A stretch of DNA of 21,860 bases from Blastocystis sp. subtype 4 (lineage: Eukaryota): NCBI RefSeq assembly GCF_000743755.1, contig NW_014569534.1, forward strand, positions 62,001 through 83,860. Direction: 5' to 3'. The notes under the pieces are model-generated. The model had not been told where the DNA came from and made no database searches. It worked only from the letters and a program-made list of their open reading frames with translations. Shown in pieces: positions 10,218 to 21,860 of the stretch. Numbering within the stretch: the stretch's first letter is position 1; each line of letters begins with the position of its first letter. The translations under genes were made by a program, and so were the position numbers.

Positions 10218-11812
10218 ATGTCAGATGAAATGCTGACGGACATTCGAATGTATTCTCGTATCGTTTCCTGAACTCAATTCACACACAGTTCGCATTCTTC
10301 AAGATGACATGGTAAACAAGGATACAGTGACGAAACAAGAAGAGAAACTTCAAACTATGACTGAAGAAATGAAGACAACAGACGCAGATTATCAAGATGA
10401 GCAGCTGCTGAATATGCAATTAAATTGTGAACACAATTCCCTAATGACAAATCTATCTCATGTACTGAATCAGCGAAATAGTCTTCTGTTGGAGTGTGAG
10501 GGTCTAAAAGATACCATTACAATCCTTACAAGTCAAATGGATGAGATATCACATCAAGTGGAGTTGGAACAACAGCAACGAGATACAATCGCAGAGTGTG
10601 TCACTCAATGTGGGGATAAATGGAACTCTTGGTGCGTTTCATTGCAGGATCTGGAGAAAGAGATTTCGTATCGTAGTGATTACAAGTCAAATGAAGAGTA
10701 GTATTAAAAGAGAAACAGGATCTTCAAAATAAGGTTTCTACTCTTCATAACCAGGTCCAACAAATCCAAACGGGATATGATTCCCTTGAGCAGAAGCATA
10801 ACAGTCTGAAAAATCAACTCGAAACACTGAAGAAGAGTTCAAAGGATATTCAACGACAGCAGAAACAGATAGAGTCGAGAAATATGAACTACAATCAAGA
10901 GCTTACTGTTATTCATAATGTAAGAATGACTCAGAATCATTCAGCATAGCAATATCTAGCCACCCAACAGTCAATTGAGGGTCTCCGTGAAGAAAGAACG
11001 CAATTTCAAATGGGAAAAGATCAAGAGGACTGTCAAATAAAGCTACTGCATGAGCAAGTAACGGCAGCTCTCCAAGAGCGAAAGACGGAGAAGAGTGAAC
11101 AGCAGAAGGAACTGGAAGGAACTCATAAAGAAACAGAACAATTAGTAGAACAGAAGAAAGGACACTTGTTGACCTTGAAGACGTTGAAAGAGCATATCAC
11201 TGCATTAGAAACAGAGTTGCTATTATGGTTTCATATAATATAGAGTACAGAGAATCCAAGCATCAATCACCGATGAGCAGCAACAGATCGAATCATATCA
11301 ACATGAGATCACATCATTAACAGAACGACAATCCTCTTTAAATGATGAGAAAGCTAGTTTACAAGAGAGGATGAACAAGGCCATAGAGACAAAGACACAG
11401 CTGACCAATGTATGCTCCCAAGTGGAACAACGACAGAAAAGTCTTGATGAAAAGTGTCAGCAACATGCTCAGGAGTTGAAACAACTCGAGAGTGAAAATG
11501 AAGAACTTGCTTGTCAAGAACGCTTGGTCAATGATCTACAAAGACTTCAGAATGAAGTACTAGCAAAACGGAAAGAGCGAGATCAAGTTCAGAAGAAGGT
11601 TGAAGAGGTCCAGACTGTGAAAGATGCTATCAAACATCTTGAAGAACAGATTACTAAGGAGAAAAAAAGACGGGAACACAAACGAAATGAAGCAGTAAAA
11701 CTGAAAAAGGAGGAACTGAAGCGACGAGAAGAGCGATTGGTTCAAGAAAGGAAAGAAGCAGAGGAGGAGGGACAACAGAGGTTGAATAAGGCTATAGAAT
11801 CAAATGGTTTGT
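10218..11812 (+). CDS. Uncharacterised long coiled-coil protein; stop probably T(A) + poly(A)
   Basis: ATG 10218; E/Q/K-rich heptad exons joined by ~30-nt introns; in-frame T at 11812, then 4 nt, then TGTTTGTA. Confidence 0.7.
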
Positions 11813-11816
11813 ATGG

Positions 11817-11824
11817 TGTTTGTA
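11817..11824 (+). terminator. TGTTTGTA motif of the coiled-coil gene
   Basis: 4-nt spacer ATGG after the in-frame T. Confidence 0.65.
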
Positions 11825-11836
11825 ACTCAATAGTCA

Positions 11837-12234
<398 letters not shown>

Positions 12235-12235
12235 C

Positions 12236-12243
12236 AACAAACA
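12236..12243 (-). terminator. TGTTTGTT motif of tafazzin
   Basis: Exact consensus 25 nt after the TAG at 12269-12271. Confidence 0.7.
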
Positions 12244-12268
12244 AATATGAGGATAGTAATAAAAGACA

Positions 12269-13491
12269 CTAAATATTATTCTGCCGAATTTTCTTGAGAG
12301 TGTATTCGAGGGACTCCAGATTCTACATATCACAACAGCAGTTGAGAACTACTTCTTCAACACGGTCGGTAATTGCCTTGTATAGCTCATACCGAGCTTT
12401 TGTCTTCTCATTAGGTGTTGCATGAATAAGACGATCATGATAGGAAGGAAGCAGATCAGAGAAGTCGATGGGATCACCATACTAAAATCATAACTAGAAT
12501 GAAAATAGTACAATGCAATAAATCGTATTCCCAGAAGTTGGAAATCTCCGTACCAAACGCAAATCTTCGTCTTCAGGCATCAGTTTTTCCATATTCAAGT
12601 GATAGTATGGAAGTACAATCAATCTCCCATTATTGACTCCATCCTTGAAAGTGCAAGTGCAATCTTCCCCTGCCCCATCCATAATAGCGTCATAAACCAC
12701 CTTCCCAACACCCCACTTCATAGGACCCAAGTCGCGGCCTGGAGGAGCCGTTCGGCCACTGGGACGGAAACGACGGCCCTGTGCATCCCGACAACTCTTG
12801 AGTTGATCCTGATACGTTCTTCCCTCAGGACACAAATGTACCCAATCTCCATACTTCGCTCTTTGGGTGAAATTCGAGAGAGCAATCTGATCCACACCTC
12901 CATTCCGATCCACTGGCATAATCTTCACAAGGCTTGATGCCATAGACTTAAGAAAAGTGCTGAACATGATTTCCTGAGCACCCAAGTTCCAAAACCCACA
13001 ATTACGAGGTTCAAACAAATACTCTACAAATGAATCAAGGGTTCATATACTACTGAAAGGAATAATACTTGGAACAATACTGGCAGTATCAAGAACAGAG
13101 ACATGATTACATACAGTAAGCAAACCAACACCTTTTGGACGTTCTATCGCCTTGAGCAAACTTTGAATGTTGTAGTGATTGGTGGTATTCATCACATTAA
13201 CAACATACTGCATCGACCATTGAATAAGAATAATATTCAATGCTCTAAAAATTACACCACCTCACAAAAAGTACCGAGTGAACTTCAGAAATGGACTTTC
13301 CTTTCCTGAGGGTTTGATGCGAGGATCAATCCGGTTTCTCAGTTCATGAGGTCGGTTTGATGACATATACTCTCGTACCTTATATCTACTGTTCAAAAAC
13401 TACGAAACGATACTCACCCACAAATCCCTTCCAATGCACTCAAACCCAACAAAGACGCTGGAAGCACCTTACACGTGAAGGTACGAAGCAT
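12269..13491 (-). CDS. TAZ: Tafazzin-family phospholipid (cardiolipin) acyltransferase
   Basis: GLLTVCNHVSVLD (HX4D), WNLGAQEIMFS, WVHLCPEGR, MKWGVGKVV, VLPYYH, YGDPIDF; ATG 13491. Confidence 0.88.
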
Positions 13492-13507
13492 CTGTGTGCC
13501 TTTCACC

Positions 13508-13515
13508 AACAAACA
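13508..13515 (-). terminator. TGTTTGTT motif of the PP4R1-like gene
   Basis: Exact consensus 9 nt after the TAG at 13525-13527. Confidence 0.75.
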
Positions 13516-13524
13516 CAATACAAT

Positions 13525-15569
13525 CTAAAGCGACATAAAGAGTGCATCCCCATCGATCTCTTTCCACAATGATTTATCGTTCTTCAGACACTCAATAATC
13601 CTAACCACTTGTTCTTGAACATTCTTAACAGGATCAGCCTTCAACGCTTTCAACATATCATAAACTTCAATGAACTCTTCTCGTTTTGTTTTCACAATAG
13701 GAAGAATTGACTTCAGAATAGTCACAAGCATCTACAGTTCACCTCAGTCAAAAGTTCTACTTCACGGTGCATATAAGACATGTCTTTGAGTTCCATGATC
13801 TCCTTCATAATCTGATGCGTAGCTTCGTCACTCAGTGAGATTGCATGTTCCAACACCTCTTTCACCTGTTCAGCTCTATCAATTACCTTATTTTCTTCAT
13901 TCCTACGTTGTTTTCCTCACGGCATGAGCCTGATCCGTTAGACCAAGATGCATGATGGGAAGAATGATCTCCTGAAAGAGTTGAGGTGAACTAACCTGAG
14001 CCAGAGCAGGAAGCTGTTTCATGATCACAACCTGGACACGCCAATTAAAGGTATTGGCTTGAAGTCGTAACGCCAAACGAAGAATGACCTATGCTTTCAC
14101 AACAAATCAGAAATGTAACTCCACTCAGACGACGTCGATTGGGTTCTGTGAGTACAGGGAAGAAAGAATGAACTGCTTGCATTACAGAAGTTACAATTTC
14201 TGCAGTGTCACTTTCCAGGAGGTTTTCGGCAAAGGGTACCAAATATTCCTCTGTGGCATCTGTACCAATCAACGAAGCGACTTCACCTAAAGAGGCTGCA
14301 AGTGATTGTTTCACATACATTGAAGGAATGGTGATGAGTTCAGTATAACAGTCACATAATTGACTCCATCCATCGTTTCCCAGGGCCCGAAGCACAGCTG
14401 GAAATGTGAAAGCACACTGATAGCTAATATCGTAGTCGTCAGTCTCTTCAAGAGCATCAGGAAGTGAAGCATACAGATGAATCGCAGATTCCGATAACTA
14501 GTGATAACACTGAAACCACACATACTAGAGAACGTGGCAACACACCCATTACATAACCCAGATTCAACTTCGCTGCTTGTCGAACCCATTTAGATGAATC
14601 CTCCATTGCGATTAGAAGAAGTTGGAAGACACGACTCTGACTGTTCTCGTCATTTGTGTTCTGAGCAATAGTCTTTAACTCCTCAACGGCTGCTTTTCGT
14701 ATGATCCATAGTTTGTGACTAGTACAACTTGTGAAGAGACTCAGAAGACCGTTCATATGAATAGGAGGAATGTTCTTGGAGAAAGAAGCAATGGTAGAAG
14801 GAAGAACCTTGAGCAATTCCAGAGATCCGATAGACTTTAACACTGTCATTTCTGGGAGCAAATAAAGAGCATTAACATCTGAAGAAAAGAGGGGACACAA
14901 TTGAAGAACCAGATTACAACCCAGAATTTGGACATTCTCATTACTGGAATGAAGTAACTACAATTCAAAAAGAAGAGAGACCAAACTTCAAGGACATGAG
15001 ACAAAATTAAATCATTTATCAGAGATTGTGGAAGATAGGTTACTAAGGTACAGAACTCCTTAGTGAATACTTCAATAACATCTTTCTATTTGTTAGTCTC
15101 CCTCAACAACAAAACAGAATCAGAATGACTGATAGCAATAGACATTAACAACGGCACTAAATTAACACAAACGGAACACGTCTCGTCCATATCAGTCTCT
15201 GAAAAAAGTTTCACAATCCTAGTAACAACGGTCAAGAACTCAATAATCACCTCGTCTTCCTTATCCTGTGCAATCACATCAAAGAGTGGGAATATTCGAT
15301 CTCGAATGGTATCGATTTCCTTTCTTTCGACTAGTGACTTGATGAGACCAACATGTACAACACTAGAATTAAGAAGATCGAACCAATCAAACCGTTGGAT
15401 ACCAACATCTGAATAAATATATCGCTCAATACGATCAACATCCGAAAGAGACAGATCAACGGCGAATTCATCTAATATGGTCATGTTAAATCCTTCATGA
15501 TAAGTCAGCCATCTCAATCCTACCATCTTCCGTGAAAGTGGCAGCAACATCATCATCGATAGATTCCAT
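13525..15569 (-). CDS. HEAT-repeat protein, Ser/Thr phosphatase 4 regulatory subunit 1-like
   Basis: DSSKWVRQAAKLNLG and CAFTFPAVLRALGNDGWSQL..VKQSLAASLGEVA resemble PP4R1 (DPSRWVRQAAFQSLG; CAYSLPGVALTLGRQNW); HEAT ends NWRV and ADPVKNV; ATG 15569. Confidence 0.78.
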
Positions 15570-15810
15570 ACTCCGTAGATACTTATTTGGCTATGTTAAC
15601 GAAGCTAATAAGCAGAAAGTGGATCGATTGTTAACGTACTACGATTATCTGGTTAACTATTATTACGAATAATGTGGAAACTTTACTTCTTCCTTATCAG
15701 AAACAATGAAAACAAGAAAAACAAGTGAGAATAGTTGGATCTTGTAAACAGACAACATAAGATAATAACCAATTACATATTCACGATTATCATAAAAGTA
15801 GCATAAGCAG

Positions 15811-16227
15811 TTATGCTATACCATCACTATCCTCTACATCCTTCAAAAGCTCTTCGTCGCTGAAGGATTTATCAATATTTTCATCGATTTTCTATGCATT
15901 ACAGTCCTTAGAAACACAGACCATTGGAATAGTTATTGCAGAAGCTTCTTCCTGGCTAATAATAGGTACAGGAGCTGAAGGTTCAGTTACAGATGGTGTG
16001 TTGATCCCTATTCCCCTCTTTTCCCTTCTATTTGTAAGAATGCGTTATATCGTCTTTACTCTCTCAAAAGAGCTTCGTATTCTTCTAATTCATCCTATAC
16101 TCGTGATCAACGAGAGAAGTCATACATCAATGGAGGAAGCAGCTACTTGCTTTGCAATAACAGCAGCGACAAGTCCGATGACGAACAAAGAAATAACGAT
16201 ACTCAGAGAGATGATAACTATCGACAT
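15811..16227 (-). CDS. Small single-pass membrane protein of unknown function (~107 aa, 3 introns); absent from the ORF track
   Basis: MSIVIISLSIVISLFVIGLVAAVIAKQ hydrophobic N-terminus; three 30-32 nt GT-AG introns keep the frame to TAA 15811-15813. Confidence 0.65.
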
Positions 16228-16273
16228 TTTGAGGATCTTAGATGTGACAAAAAAAGAACCGAATAGTGCTACA

Positions 16274-16281
16274 AACAAACA
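16274..16281 (-). terminator. TGTTTGTT motif of the HNMT-like/DUF4050 gene
   Basis: Exact consensus 7 nt after the TGA at 16289-16291. Confidence 0.75.
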
Positions 16282-16288
16282 ATCCTAA

Positions 16289-17782
16289 TCAGTCGTTTGA
16301 TGAGAGTTTCCATACTTCAGAACACAACGGTAAAAGCTAAAGATCAAACCAAAGAAACAAAGATACTTCATCAAGATTCACAGGTTCAGGGAGTAAACAA
16401 GACGAAATGGAATTGTTGCTAATGATGTCCACAAGGTCATCGATACTTTCCACCTTTATCTTCCTGATCCTACATCTTAGCAATATCTCAACAAGTACGG
16501 TTCGTCAGTCTCCTCAGCTCTCCATTCCATTACACTTTTAGTCCATCGTTCAAGTCCTGCATTTACAAACGGACCATTTTCTCCTTCTGGGAACCATTGT
16601 GTTGGTTCATTTCGAATTGGGCGTTTCATAACTTCAGCAATCACATCAGAGAAGAGAATAAAAACAGTGAAGTTATAAGGGAGATAAGAAGTCTGTGGAG
16701 ATAACTTGACCAATAGGAATTCTAGGATCTTATTAAGTAGCGGCTCCATTGCTCCCTGCAAGTCTATCTTCAATAAACCAGACAAAAGGTAGATTCCCTC
16801 CTGTGACTTCTTGATGCATTCGCTAATGTCCATGTGAACAGGAAGCATGCTCTTAGTATATGTGATCTATAAATGAGTTCAAGAGGATGCTCCTACATTC
16901 AGATCATGAAGGACAGTTTCGATGAAATGACCATCACAAGGGAAGGTGTCACCAAGATCAATCGCAGAAGGGCTTTCACGTAACTTTGGAGATGAATGAG
17001 GATCATCTCCCTCCTGAGTTTCTTTCGCAGTCTCCATCTGTATCTCTTCATCACAAGAACACTGATTATCCTCAGTCTTTGGAATTGTCTGAACAGTGGG
17101 TGTTTGTACAGAAGAGGGAGAATCATCACTGTTTGAGTGAAGCAAGCGAATCAACTCTCCCAAGTCATTATCAGCCTACAATGAATGATAAGGAAAATTC
17201 GGACACTATGGAACAATAATACTTGCCCTCCATGTCGAAGAAGGGATTTACTCTTTCGAATGACTACTTCCGCAGCACTTCGATTGAGAGGCAATCCGAA
17301 AACAAATATAAGGTCAAACATTTCTAAAGTTTCATAAGTTAAAAAGTGAGGATAAGGAGACACTTCAATGCTTTGAAGAGAAGATGTTTTCGCATTTGAA
17401 AGTATTCTCTAGATTTAAAACCTGCTTAGCATATCAACGTCATATAGTTTGGAGTCGTTTGGTTCAATTGCCACATATCTACTTCATTACACTCCTTTAT
17501 GTCTAGTTGTACCTAAATCGATTCATACTCTTCTGCACAGTTTTGATCACAAAGAGATCTACTTCTACAGACACGCTATAGACACTAAGTATTCGAATTT
17601 GTTCTCTGTGACATCTACAGATTACATAAACCGAGAAAGGAGCAATACAAGAACGAAGGCGATGCCTTCTTAAACCAACTCTCAAATGATGGAGTTAACG
17701 AAGTAGAGTTCCAAAAGAGTGTTTTCGTCTTTTGGACCCCTTGAGGATTTAAGGCACTGATCGTTTCAATGCACTGTGCCAT
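16289..17782 (-). CDS. Histamine-N-methyltransferase-like (degenerate SAM motif) domain fused to a C-terminal DUF4050/Gag1-like clamp domain
   Basis: IRILSVYSVSVEVDLFVIKTVQ, YVAIEP, FDLIFVF, LLRHGGQVLLF and MDISECIKKSQEGIYLL (HNMT: [39 protein letters not shown]); then FVNAGLERW..W and PEPVNLDELLPLCSEVW (DUF4050 pattern). Confidence 0.68.
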
Positions 17783-17860
17783 CTGCGCAATCAAATTGTG
17801 TTACAATAAGATCCTATTCTTCTTATAGTGTGGATTCTGTAGTAATTCTTATTGATTTCT

Positions 17861-19706
17861 ATGGTTCGTTCCTTTCGAGAAGAACTGGGAACTGCAATCA
17901 GGATACTTGATGCTTATGGACAGTGTGATGATGTCATCTGGTATTATTATAATTGTTAGATGACTCTATAGGCTAAATGATCTACTAATGACTGCTGATG
18001 AGAAGAGACTGCAAGCAATTTTCACGCCTTGCGATATTATCAACTCCTATAAGAACAATGACGAAATAATGTCCCCCTCACTCGAGTATCTTCGAGTTTT
18101 CTATCTTCAAAAGGACTATCAAGCGATTCTTCAGTTCCTCGAAAGGACAGATTTGCAACAGTTGTCGAATCGAGAGTTATTCTGGGCTGCTGAGTCTGCT
18201 TATCATGTTAGCACTGAAATTCTCGCTCACCAGTAGGTGTGGGTCAAAGAATCTATTCAACACTCGAATGAGGTTGTTGACATTGATCGATATGAAAGGG
18301 AACTATGTAATCGTCTCTCGGACAAATCGATCGATGCATTTTGCTCTTACTGTCTTGGACGCATCTGGGTGAGAACAAATGATAAACGCAGTACCAGTGT
18401 TTTTATTGAATCCATCAACAGGTATTCTCTGATTCACTTTGATAGTACTAGATTTCCGTATTTTTGGTCATGTTGGGTAGAGTTATCGTCTGTGATTCTC
18501 GATACTCAATCCTTCCAAGATACAGTCAAAGGCATTAATAGTCAGTTCTTTCTCAAGTATTTCTTCCAATTGTATACAACAAATCGGCTCTTAACAGTAT
18601 TTCTGTTTCCTCTCTACTATGTAGTCCAAAGTCCCGATCAATCTCTTTAATACTCTTCAATCGATTTTTCCTCATAACTTTCACCTTGCAATTCAAGGTT
18701 GTACATATTACTACAATCACGATGGTAACTCCTTATTTTACCTAGGACCTAGATTACAATACCGCTCTCTCAATGATTCACTCCATTACCAACGAAGGAC
18801 ATCATTCCTCATCTGATATGCTATTGTATTATACTCTTTATTGTAACATTCTCTATTCATTGCATCGGATGAAGGATCTCTTCATTTTACTTCGTTCTGT
18901 TCATCCTTTGTCTCCTGCTCTTCCTCTACTTCAGGGAAGCTATTGGAGTTTGTTAGGTCAGCATGAAGAGGCTCTAGTTGCATTTACCGACTCGGTAAAG
19001 AGAATCCCTGATAACTATGATGGATGGCTTTTACTAGGACATGAGTATTTGGAACTGCATAAGGAGAAAGAGGCAGTTGCTGCTTATCAAATGGCAACTC
19101 ATATCAACAGTCGCGATTATCGTGCATTTTTCGCATTGGCCCAGACATATGTGCAAGGAATCAATTCGGATATGGCCTATTATTATTTGATGAAAGCAGT
19201 ATCACTTCAGTAGGTGAGAGTGGAAATCATGAACAATAGACCGAAGAAACCACGATTGTGGCTTGCATTGGCGGATTTCCATCAGAATCATAATGATTCA
19301 GCGAAAGCCTTGGATGCCTGGAAGAGAGGGTTGAACTGTGACGAATCGTTAGAAACACGAGAAGGGAGACTGTGTGCTTTGCGACTATGTGGAAGTTCTA
19401 TTTCATTATCTGAACGATGGATGGAAAGTGTTGTGAGAACAAAGGATCCCTCAATTAGACTTCCTGAAGCTATGGATGTAGTGAAACGGTTGTTGGAGAC
19501 TTATCTAATAAAACGAGAGTATCATAAGGGAGATCTCTTGTGTTCGAAGCTCATGGAAGTGTTTAATGATGTAAGGGATATTAGAGAGAATGAGTAATAG
19601 GTTGTTGCTCTTATCGAAATAGTCCATGAATTTGACGTACGTTTTAAGCAGTTCACTAGTGAATCGTCGAAAGTGGATGAGTCCGTCTCAATGGATTGTA
19701 GTGATT
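17861..19706 (+). CDS. CDC23: Anaphase-promoting complex subunit 8 (TPR repeats); end either T + poly(A) at 19706 or genomic TAA at 19730-19732
   Basis: FREELGTAIRILDAYG..IWLNDLL, DAFCSYCLG, FIESINRFPYFWSCWVEL, WLLLGHEYLELH..AYQMATHINSRDYRAFFALAQTY. Confidence 0.85.
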
Positions 19707-19710
19707 TCTC

Positions 19711-19725
19711 TGTTCGTAATAAACA
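19711..19725. terminator. Back-to-back 3'-processing motifs: TGTTCGTA (+, 19711-19718) and TGTTTATT (-, 19725-19718)
   Basis: Each lies exactly 4 nt after an in-frame T or TA of its convergent gene. Confidence 0.55.
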
Positions 19726-19729
19726 CCAG

Positions 19730-20618
19730 TAAATACGACCACAAGCAAGAATGAAAGGGAAAACATCACGTTCATAATAGGTATCTCCAATTTTATACAT
19801 TGCCGGCAAGGCCTTTGGATTTGTATGCACAATATCACATGGAACAATGTGGAGATCTTCGTACCGATGTTTTGCTTCCTCCTGATCCAAGCATGACAAA
19901 TAATGGACAACATCGACCTTATCCACTTCAGCATGCAAACCAGCATCAGTAAGAAAACCAGTCATTTCATCACAAGAGAAACCATGACAACAAGGTGGCT
20001 CTTTAATAGAACGGTGATAAACAGGAGAATGACTACACCTAAGAGAACAGTAACATGAAAACTCGTCAAGATATAAGTCGGCAATAATCAGACGTCCGTT
20101 TGGCTTCAGATACGATTTCTATAATCACATGAAGAAATCTACTCATACGAGGATTTGGATCATCGGCAAAGGATCAGGAATATGATGAAAAGCTTTAAGA
20201 GAAATAATGACATCAAATTTCTTTCCATCCAGCATATCTGGAGAATCAATAAAAGCACACTCAGAATGGAATACACTATCAAGACCTTTGTCATGTTTCT
20301 ATATCGATGAAATCATACAAAAAGTCGTACAAACTTATCAAACCATACAATCATATTATCTGAAGAATCGACTCCTAGGCATGAAGCAAAACGGATTTGT
20401 TCATAGAGGGTCATTGAAAACGATCCAACCCCACAACCAAAGTCCTTTCCCTAAACGACTATGATAGTTCTTACCATAATGGAATCATCATTTGTAATCC
20501 ATCCCTTTCGACAAATTGCTGATCCGATTTGCGTGGAGCACAGATCATGAATAGTACTTGTTTTAATGAACTGTGGCACAGTTTGATTGAACAATTCCCG
20601 AATTGATTCTTCCGTCAT
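19730..20618 (-). CDS. Class I SAM-dependent methyltransferase; stop probably TA + poly(A)
   Basis: MDFGCGVG, GVDSSDNM, KFDVIISLKAFHHIPDP, LKPNGRLIIAD, HGFS..FLTDAGL, final strand FPFILACGRI. Confidence 0.85.
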
Positions 20619-20641
20619 CAAGAAACAAAGATACAAAACAA

Positions 20642-21461
20642 TTATGTCAATCCTCTAGGTGACTCAGCTTCTTCTTCCATTGGAGTCGTTTCCATCTGAT
20701 CTGTCGTTTCTATACCAGATTGTATACTCTCTTCTTCGCTCTCCTCTTCTTCTTTTTCAACAATCTGCATACAAGACTCGCTTGCTTTCATAATGGCCTA
20801 CTGTTCAACTATACTTGTTTTGCCTACTTCTTCTGCCTCTTCCATTTTCTTGCTTACCACATTCTGCACATGATGTTTCAATTGAACCGTTGTCAACATT
20901 CGTTGTTTTTTCACTTTTCCTTCTTCATCCAGCTTTTCTTTTAATCTAAATATCACTAACTCTTGAAGAATACCGTTTTCGCTCTTTTAACTCTTCTTGT
21001 AATCCTTCACAACGCTGTTCAAAAAGAGTTTTCTCCGCATGTTCAGGTTTTGTAGGTGGAAGATTAATCGAGTCGAATTGAGGAGTACTAATAAATCAAT
21101 CATCGTCCACAACTATACCTAAAAGATGTGTAGTTTGCAATCGTTCCCTTGAGACTACTTATTTCCGATTCCAACCGATGGACATCAATCAGTACTTTAT
21201 CAGCCTTTTCCATTTCTTCTTCAACCTTATCCATTGTCTTCTGTATATCTGCAAAGACAGATCGTGAAGTCGACTTCAATTTCAATAACAACATCTTTGT
21301 TTCTCGAATCCGTTTTATGTCGATCTCTTTATCGCTTTCCTGATCAATTAAGCTTCAAAGAAAGGCAATACACCATCCTTTGCAATTGTACATATATTAT
21401 CTTTCATGCAATCAATAAGTTCGATTGCCTTCTCTGCCTCAACTTTACAGTCCGAACTCAT
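20642..21461 (-). CDS. Short THO complex subunit 5 (FMIP/Thoc5 N-terminal domain)-like protein, ~240 aa
   Basis: LLLKLKSTSRSVFADIQKTMDKVEEEMEKADKVLIDVHRLESEISSLKGTIANYTSF and LQEELKERKRL resemble THOC5 ([41 protein letters not shown]); three introns; TAA 20642-20644. Confidence 0.62.
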
Positions 21462-21709
21462 TGATATGATTTCACAATGAAGAGAAAATGTTCCAACTTG
21501 ATCTTCGATAAATTAAAGACGATGTTAAAATGTTTCAAAAGTCAAAAGCATTAGAAATCAATGATGATCAAATCACTTTCTATGGTTTTCCTAGAATCTT
21601 CCTCAATTCTTTTCCTTCACTATCTACAACACAAGGAATACGAAAATGAATTAGAGTTTCCACATTTCCCCATTTGTTTCAAAGTCCATATCTCCTCCAA
21701 TTCAAACCC

Positions 21710-21860
21710 ATGAGCAAGGCGATTGATGATCCAATGATTATTTCCATTCCTTCTGACTATATGCAGGAGGATGCAATTCGACGAGCAATTGCAAGTTCCA
21801 GCAATGATTATTGCAGTAGATCTGAGTGAAAATGAATGAGGAATAGCGATGTATACGTTT
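21710..21860 (+). CDS. 5' fragment of a gene running off the window; product unknown
   Basis: ATG 21710, MSKAIDDPMIISIPSDYMQEDAIRRAIASSSNDYC, then a 31-nt GT-AG intron, then TMYTF. Confidence 0.5.

Noticed and set aside
17531..17560. GTAGAT...GTGCAG as a 30-nt in-frame intron in the HNMT-like gene
   Set aside because: Its translation VDLFVIKTVQ matches the HNMT helix [10 protein letters not shown], so it is probably exonic.
21710..21860. Ornithine/diaminopimelate decarboxylase-like N-terminus
   Set aside because: Only ~40 residues with a vague resemblance; too little to assign.

Overview
A very gene-dense eukaryotic window holding about 18 intron-rich protein-coding genes. Nearly all introns are 28-35 nt GT-AG, so the ORF track shows only exon fragments. 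A TGTTTGTT-like motif follows most 3' ends, and several genes lack a sensible genomic stop codon. This combination is the known signature of the anaerobic gut stramenopile Blastocystis (inference). Genes spliced by hand: TPR/Mlp1-like (partial), FKRP/LicD-like, zinc-finger protein, divergent Rab GDI-like, TMCO1, PP2C, RNASEH2B, mitochondrial ribosome recycling factor, a coiled-coil protein, UFM1, tafazzin, PP4R1-like, a small membrane protein, an HNMT-like/DUF4050 fusion, CDC23/APC8, a SAM methyltransferase, a short THOC5-like gene, and one partial gene. Main points of interest: (i) 4-5 genes whose UAA stop is probably completed by poly(A) addition 4 nt upstream of the motif; (ii) two candidate ultrashort U12-type introns (AT-AC, 41 nt; AT-AG, 48 nt); (iii) an FKRP-architecture protein that has lost its catalytic aspartates; (iv) a degenerate histamine-N-methyltransferase-like domain fused to DUF4050; (v) extreme promoter/terminator overlap. 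Points (i) and (ii) are known Blastocystis phenomena; (iii) and (iv) are the best candidates for undescribed biology. All homology calls come from motifs recalled from memory, not database searches.
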